NCBI GenBank assembly: GCA_040224245.1
Contig: JBEGIR010000018.1
Span: 6,378 to 70,377 of the forward strand
Reading direction: 5' to 3'
Source: Puniceicoccaceae bacterium
Lineage (GTDB): Bacteria > Verrucomicrobiota > Verrucomicrobiia > Opitutales > JAFGAQ01
DNA length: 64,000 bases
Made by a program: the position numbers and the translations under genes. Below the pieces are notes generated by a model, which was given only the letters and a program-made list of their open reading frames with translations, was not told the origin of the DNA and did no database searches. Below are positions 59,341 to 64,000 of this stretch, one piece after another; the first letter of the stretch is position 1, and the number at the start of each line of letters is the position of its first letter.

Positions 59341-60134
59341 AGGCCATCGTCGACTTTCATGTTCACTTCTACCCGCAGTATGGAATCGAGTCCTATTTGC
59401 ATGCCTTCTGTAACCGAACCCAACCACTGCTTGATGTCGATGACCACCAATGCCTTACGCTCATGTGCCTCGTGGAGCGTCAGGGACAATATGTCTTCAA
59501 CCAACTTGAATCCGGACACATCACGCTCAATTCACCCTGGCAGGTAGCTCCACTGGAACCTGGTCGCAGTCTGAAGATATCCTGCAGGGATCACACCATG
59601 ATTCTCATCGCAGGTCGCCAGTTTGTCACTGCCGAACGCATCGAGATGCTCTGCCTTGGCGTTGATCTTGACCAACCTGATGGTCTCAATTCCGAGCAAC
59701 TGTTCGCATCCATTCAAGCCGCAAAGGGTCTTCCCGTCGTAGCGTGGGCTCCGGGAAAGTGGATGTTCAAACGCCGCCGCGTGGTGCAGGCCCTGCTCAA
59801 TCATGCATCACCCCAACAAATCGCGCTCGGGGATACCTCACTACGCCCGAGATATTTCTCCGGTGGAACCGTCTTTTCCAAAGCACTGCGTAGTGGTTAT
59901 GTGATTCTCCCCGGCTCTGATCCCCTTCCCTTTAGTGGTGAATCTACGAAAGTCGGTTCGTATTTTGGAATAACGGATCTCAATCCCGACACGCCTGCCG
60001 CCAGCCTGTGGGAACAATTCCACACCGGAACGCTGGTAGTACAACCCAGTCGGCGTCCCAACTCCATCCTGGGAGTCATGAACCGAATGATCGCACACAC
60101 GCTCGCCAAACGATCTCAGAACTCCACTCAGTGA
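59337..60134 (+). CDS. PHP-like / metal-dependent hydrolase-like protein of unknown function
   Basis: N-terminal IVDFHVHFYP (DxHxH) and a later LPGSDP. The ATG overlaps the methyltransferase stop (ATGA). Re-called from the internal ATG. The function is uncertain. Confidence 0.5.
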   Translation: MKAIVDFHVHFYPQYGIESYLHAFCNRTQPLLDVDDHQCLTLMCLVERQGQYVFNQLESGHITLNSPWQVAPLEPGRSLKISCRDHTMILIAGRQFVTAERIEMLCLGVDLDQPDGLNSEQLFASIQAAKGLPVVAWAPGKWMFKRRRVVQALLNHASPQQIALGDTSLRPRYFSGGTVFSKALRSGYVILPGSDPLPFSGESTKVGSYFGITDLNPDTPAASLWEQFHTGTLVVQPSRRPNSILGVMNRMIAHTLAKRSQNSTQ

Positions 60135-61333
60135 ACTCCAAAAAAGAAGTCCTGTTTATCTGCTCCCAGCCGTTTTTCGAATGGAGAGGATCTCCCATCC
60201 GAGTCGGGTTTGACCTGATGGCTCTTACCCGGGCCGGGTGGTTGGTTCGCTTTCTCACAATTCCTCATGGCAAGACCCGTGAAATAGAAAACGTGAGCAT
60301 CCTACGATGCATTCCTTTGCCCGGAGTGAGAGAGCACTACGCCATTGGGCCGTCCATCGCAAAATTCATCTACGACCTGATTCATCTCTGCTACGGAATT
60401 CACCTGCTATCGAAGCATTCAGATCTGAAAGTTATTCATGCAGTCGAAGATTCCTGTCTGCCCGGTTATCTTCTCGCTAGCACTTTTGGTTTGCCACTTG
60501 TTTTTGAAAAACACTCCGACCCCGGTTCCTACAAGCAATCAGGAAAATTCTTCAAGAACCTTATCCTGAGTGCCTACCAACAATGGGAGCAGATTGTCAT
60601 TCGCAAGGCCCACTCGATCATCGGAACCGGTGATGAGCTGGTTCAGCAAGTTCATGAAGTTGCCCCCGAAGCAGATGCATGGATTATTCCGGATATTCCG
60701 TCATCCCTCAGCATTCCAGATCCGGCCACCATTTCAACTTTGCGGGATTCTCTCGCTCACCAAGGACAGATTCTTGCAACTTATGTCGGTTCATTTGCGG
60801 TCTACCAAGGCATCGATTTACTCTTTGATGCAATGAGCCTGGCTCTGAAAGGTGACCCCAATCTGGTATTGATCATCATCGGAGGGAAGGAGCATGAAAT
60901 TCAGGAACGAACCCAACAAATGCAGAAACAGGGAGTCTCAGATCGCGTTAAGTTTTTGGGATTTGTTCACCCCGATGAACTGCCCGCTTACCTTGCAGCA
61001 TCAGACCTGCTGCTATCACCACGAATCTCTGGTCGAAATTCTCCACTGAAAGTTCTTGATTACTTAAAAGCGGAACGATGCATCATCGCCACAGACAATG
61101 CCGCCAATCGACAAATCCTCAATGAAGATGTCGCCTTGCTCAGTTCACCCGATTCAGCTTCATTTGCCAAGTCGATCCTCCAGGCATCAGGTGACGAAAC
61201 GTTGCGAAACAGACTCGCAAGAAATGCAAAATCCCTTCTGCAATCCCGATATCATTTTGACTACTTCGAATCCCAGATTGCTTCACTATACAACCGCATC
61301 AATCATGCTGCGGGCAGATCCCCAATTGTTTGA
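60131..61333 (+). CDS. Glycosyltransferase family 4 (GT-B)
   Basis: GT-B C-terminal block (FLGFVHPDELPAYLAASDLLLSPR...PLKVLDYLKAERCIIAT). The start is inferred as a GTG overlapping the previous stop (GTGA), because the conserved N-terminus (KKEVLFICSQPFFEWRGSPIRV) precedes any ATG. Confidence 0.78.
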   Translation: MNSKKEVLFICSQPFFEWRGSPIRVGFDLMALTRAGWLVRFLTIPHGKTREIENVSILRCIPLPGVREHYAIGPSIAKFIYDLIHLCYGIHLLSKHSDLKVIHAVEDSCLPGYLLASTFGLPLVFEKHSDPGSYKQSGKFFKNLILSAYQQWEQIVIRKAHSIIGTGDELVQQVHEVAPEADAWIIPDIPSSLSIPDPATISTLRDSLAHQGQILATYVGSFAVYQGIDLLFDAMSLALKGDPNLVLIIIGGKEHEIQERTQQMQKQGVSDRVKFLGFVHPDELPAYLAASDLLLSPRISGRNSPLKVLDYLKAERCIIATDNAANRQILNEDVALLSSPDSASFAKSILQASGDETLRNRLARNAKSLLQSRYHFDYFESQIASLYNRINHAAGRSPIV

Positions 61334-61386
61334 ACTTGAAGGGGCCGCCAATAAGCTCCCATTTTCATCGATCTGGTGAGGCCCAC

Positions 61387-62115
61387 TCAACGAAAGAGGT
61401 TGTACTTCACAATCGCGTAGATTGCCCGCACACCATCCTTCCAGTTGATTTTTTTACCATCCTCGTAGGTTCTTCCGGAGTAGCTAATGCCGACTTCGTA
61501 AATGCGGCACTTTCGCTTCGCAATTTTCGCGGTAATTTCCGGTTCAAACCCAAAACGGGGTTCTTCGATTTTGATATCGCGGATGACATCAACACGGAAC
61601 ATCTTGTAACAAGTTTCCATGTCCGTGAGGTTGATATTGGTGAACATGTTCGAGAGGAACGTCAGGAACTTGTTCCCAATCATGTGCCAGAAAAAAACCA
61701 CTCGGTGAGGACCTCCACCCAAAAACCGCGAGCCATAAACAACGTCAGCTTTGCCCGATAAAATGGGCTTGAGCAGGTTGCGGTATTCGGTCGGATCATA
61801 TTCAAGATCCGCATCCTGGATGACAACGACATCCCCACGAACCTGAGCAAAGGCGGTATTCAGCGCAGCACCCTTTCCCTGGTTACGCTCATGAAAAAAG
61901 GGGCGGATAAGTGGATTTTGCGCCAACTTCTCAATCACATCGCGGGTCGAGTCCGTCGAACAATCATCCACAATCACAATTTCATGGATTTCCGTGCCAC
62001 ACCCCATTACGGCAGTGACCAAGCTCGCCAAGGTGCGCTCTTCGTTGTACACAGGAATGACGACCGAAAGTTTCGGTCGCCATTCCTGATTTAAAATCTG
62101 AGATGCGTCAGTCAA
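61387..62115 (-). CDS. Glycosyltransferase family 2 (polyprenol-phosphate glycosyltransferase, DPM1/ArnC-like)
   Basis: [19 protein letters not shown] and [12 protein letters not shown] start 21 nt downstream of the rplQ stop. Confidence 0.86.
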   Translation of the reverse strand: MTDASQILNQEWRPKLSVVIPVYNEERTLASLVTAVMGCGTEIHEIVIVDDCSTDSTRDVIEKLAQNPLIRPFFHERNQGKGAALNTAFAQVRGDVVVIQDADLEYDPTEYRNLLKPILSGKADVVYGSRFLGGGPHRVVFFWHMIGNKFLTFLSNMFTNINLTDMETCYKMFRVDVIRDIKIEEPRFGFEPEITAKIAKRKCRIYEVGISYSGRTYEDGKKINWKDGVRAIYAIVKYNLFR

Positions 62116-62136
62116 TGCGCCGCGCTCCCGATGGAA

Positions 62137-62667
62137 TTAGTCTTGTTTCTCTTCTGCTACCGGTTCAGCATCATTTTCAGCTTCAGTAGATGCTTGTGCT
62201 TCGGAAGCCGGTTTGACTTCTGCTTTCTCTTCCTTCTTGGACTGATTTGCCTGCTTTTTGGTCTTCGGCTTGGAGTAACCCTCATCGTCCGCTGCAATCA
62301 GTTCAATGATGGCGATTTCCGCAGCATCACCGATGCGATGACCCAACTTATAGATGCGGGAGTATCCACCTTTGCGTTCCAAAAATGCATCCACCTTTTC
62401 ATTGAAAAGAACCGCTACTGCGTCCTTATTGCGGATTTTGGAAATCGCCTGGCGACGGTAGTGCACTGCCGCTGCCCGATTCTCGCTGGTTTTTGCCTTT
62501 TTTGCGAGCGTGATGATTTTCTCAACAAAAGGACGGAGTGCCTTGGCTTTTGCCAGCGTCGTTTCGATCCGACCATGAATGATCAGGGAACTCGCTAGAT
62601 TGGCCATCAGAGCAGCACGGTGCTCTTTTTTTACACCAAGGATATGACGATGCTTATTATGACGCAT
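62137..62667 (-). CDS. rplQ: 50S ribosomal protein L17 with ~50-aa charged C-terminal tail
   Basis: MRHNKHRHILGVKKEHRAALMANLASSLIIHGRIETTLAKAKALRPFVEK..., followed by a Lys/Glu/Ala-rich tail. Confidence 0.95.
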   Translation of the reverse strand: MRHNKHRHILGVKKEHRAALMANLASSLIIHGRIETTLAKAKALRPFVEKIITLAKKAKTSENRAAAVHYRRQAISKIRNKDAVAVLFNEKVDAFLERKGGYSRIYKLGHRIGDAAEIAIIELIAADDEGYSKPKTKKQANQSKKEEKAEVKPASEAQASTEAENDAEPVAEEKQD

Positions 62668-62702
62668 TGTTCTGAAATTAAGTGGTTAAAGATTCGGGTG
62701 CG

Positions 62703-63701
62703 TTATTCACCCTTTTTATCGAGCAAACGCTCATCTATCTGCATGCCCAGTGAAAGGCCAAGCTGCTCAAGTTTTGCCTTGATTTCGTTGAGAGACTTTT
62801 TCCCGAAGTTACGATACTTGAGCATTTCCTGCTCACCCTTCATCGCCAATTCGCCGACTGTCGTGATGTTCGCATTGTTGAGACAGTTTGCAGCACGAAC
62901 TGAAAGTTCAATTTCATTCACACTCATGTTGAGCAGTTTGCGCAAACGGTTCTGCTCTTCACTGATCTCCTTGTTTTCACTCTCAAACTCGACTTCTTCG
63001 TTGCTGACTTCATCGAAGACATCCAAGTGATGTTTCAAGATCGATGCGGCATGTTTGACAGCATCATCAGGAGTGATTCGCCCATCCGTCGTTACTTCCA
63101 GAAGCAATTTGTCATAATCGGTCATCTGGCCCACACGCGTATTTTCAACAGCATATTTCACCAGACGGATAGGGCTGAACAGGGAGTCGATAGCGATCAC
63201 GCCGATGGCCTGACCTTCTTCCTTGTTGTCTTCACCAGTCGCAAATCCACGACCCACCTGAACCGTGATTTCCGCATAAAAGCGCATCTTGCGGTCAAGA
63301 TGACAAATTACCTGCTCGGGATTCAGAATCGATACACCCGACACTTCCTGAATGTCTGCAGCCGTAATGACTCCATCCCGTTCGACATCCAAAGTCAGCA
63401 TGACCGGTTCCTTCTTCTCAGACGAGACAAGGACCTTCTTCAGGTTGAGAACGATATCGGTTACATCCTCAAGCACGCCATCAATGCTCTGGAATTCGTG
63501 TTGAACACCATCGATCTTGATCGACGTGATTGCAGCACCTTCAATGGAACTCAAAAGCACCCGACGAATCGCGTTGCCCAGAGTATGTCCATAACCGGTT
63601 TCGAACGGTTCGGCAATGAACTGAGCGTAGGTTTCAGAAGCAGTTTCCTCAACCTTTGAAAGGATTTTCGGAAGCTCGAATTTTGCAAGACGTTTGGCCA
63701 T
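62703..63701 (-). CDS. rpoA: DNA-directed RNA polymerase subunit alpha
   Basis: 332 aa: FIAEPFETGYGHTLGNAIRRVLLSSIEGAAITSIKIDGV, plus a C-terminal domain (ELSVRAANCLNNANITTVGEL). Confidence 0.97.
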   Translation of the reverse strand: MAKRLAKFELPKILSKVEETASETYAQFIAEPFETGYGHTLGNAIRRVLLSSIEGAAITSIKIDGVQHEFQSIDGVLEDVTDIVLNLKKVLVSSEKKEPVMLTLDVERDGVITAADIQEVSGVSILNPEQVICHLDRKMRFYAEITVQVGRGFATGEDNKEEGQAIGVIAIDSLFSPIRLVKYAVENTRVGQMTDYDKLLLEVTTDGRITPDDAVKHAASILKHHLDVFDEVSNEEVEFESENKEISEEQNRLRKLLNMSVNEIELSVRAANCLNNANITTVGELAMKGEQEMLKYRNFGKKSLNEIKAKLEQLGLSLGMQIDERLLDKKGE

Positions 63702-63728
63702 AACTATAAGGATATCGGGAACAGAGGG

Positions 63729-64000
63729 TTATCGGCTATAGAATTCCACGATCAGCTGAACGTTGATCGAAGCATCAGCCTCGTCCGCATTGGGCAGACG
63801 ACTCACATTAACTTTCAGCGCGTCAGCGTTGAGCGCGAGCCAGGGTGGTACCGGACGGTACTGACTGTCTTCCACATTGCGCGTGCCGAGTTGCCGTGAC
63901 GACGAGCGATCACGCACTTCAATTTCATCACCCGCACTTACTTGGAAACTGGGGATGTCGACTTTTTGTCCATTGACCAGAATGTGGCCATGAGTGACAA
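63729..64000 (-). CDS. rpsD: 30S ribosomal protein S4, N-terminus off window
   Basis: The minus frame is open to the window edge. Translation ...HGHILVNGQKVDIPSFQVSAGDEIEVRDRSSS...LIVEFYSR is the S4 domain and C-terminus. Located upstream of rpoA. Confidence 0.9.
   Translation of the reverse strand, partial: VTHGHILVNGQKVDIPSFQVSAGDEIEVRDRSSSRQLGTRNVEDSQYRPVPPWLALNADALKVNVSRLPNADEADASINVQLIVEFYSR

Noticed and set aside
1-64000. A scan for CRISPR arrays, IS elements or transposases, prophage genes, toxin-antitoxin pairs and known defence-system components.
   Set aside because: I found no spaced direct-repeat arrays, no transposase, integrase or recombinase-like ORFs, and no defence-type ATPase/nuclease operons. 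The two helicases are housekeeping DEAD-box RNA helicases.

Overview
This window is mostly core genome from a mid-GC Gram-negative chromosome. Gene order (tRNA-Thr-tuf-tRNA-Trp-secE-nusG-rplKAJL-rpoBC) and the general look of the proteins suggest the PVC superphylum or Verrucomicrobiota, but that is inference only. I call about 58 protein genes, 3 tRNAs, 1 small RNA and several hairpin terminators or regulatory repeats.

Gene content, left to right:
- A partial Opp/Dpp-type solute-binding lipoprotein.
- A pyrR-pyrB-pyrC-like operon.
- An ABC ATPase plus solute-binding pair with no permease.
- A CxC thioredoxin-like protein followed by a multi-TM chemoreceptor.
- rpsP-trmD-rplS, a 2-hydroxyacid dehydrogenase, a DeaD-like helicase, DAHP synthase, a DUF2851 protein, a membrane protein and a stand-alone coaB.
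- A PAS histidine kinase and its likely sigma54 response regulator, separated by a secreted hypothetical and two tandem esterase-like paralogs.
- tRNA-Gly, kduI-kduD with a divergent IclR regulator, and a permease-HMA metal transporter.
- rlmI, an M16 peptidase, a PAS histidine kinase with an odd C-terminus, and a MazG-like gene.
- The rpoBC / rplKAJL / nusG / secE / tuf block, then fabZ and lpxC.
- A secreted hypothetical, a nitronate-monooxygenase-like gene, a DUF2293 protein, rhlE, a small OMP, a spermidine-synthase-like gene and hflKC.
- A five-gene glycosylation cluster.
- rplQ-rpoA-rpsD (rpsD partial at the window edge).

I saw no transposase, integrase, CRISPR array or rRNA.

The most notable hidden feature is a 6S-RNA-like gene on the minus strand in the spacer directly downstream of rpoC. 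Other points worth a second look:
- The dihydroorotase has two metal-ligand His substitutions (PyrC'-type).
- The two-component pair is interrupted by the tandem SASA-like paralogs, which carry an unassigned ~250-aa C-terminal domain.
- A signal-peptide protein carries a PD-(D/E)XK-like motif.
- A thioredoxin-like protein sits next to a His-rich 6-TM chemoreceptor.

Several long ORFs in the supplied track are antisense shadows or over-extended starts, and I re-called them.
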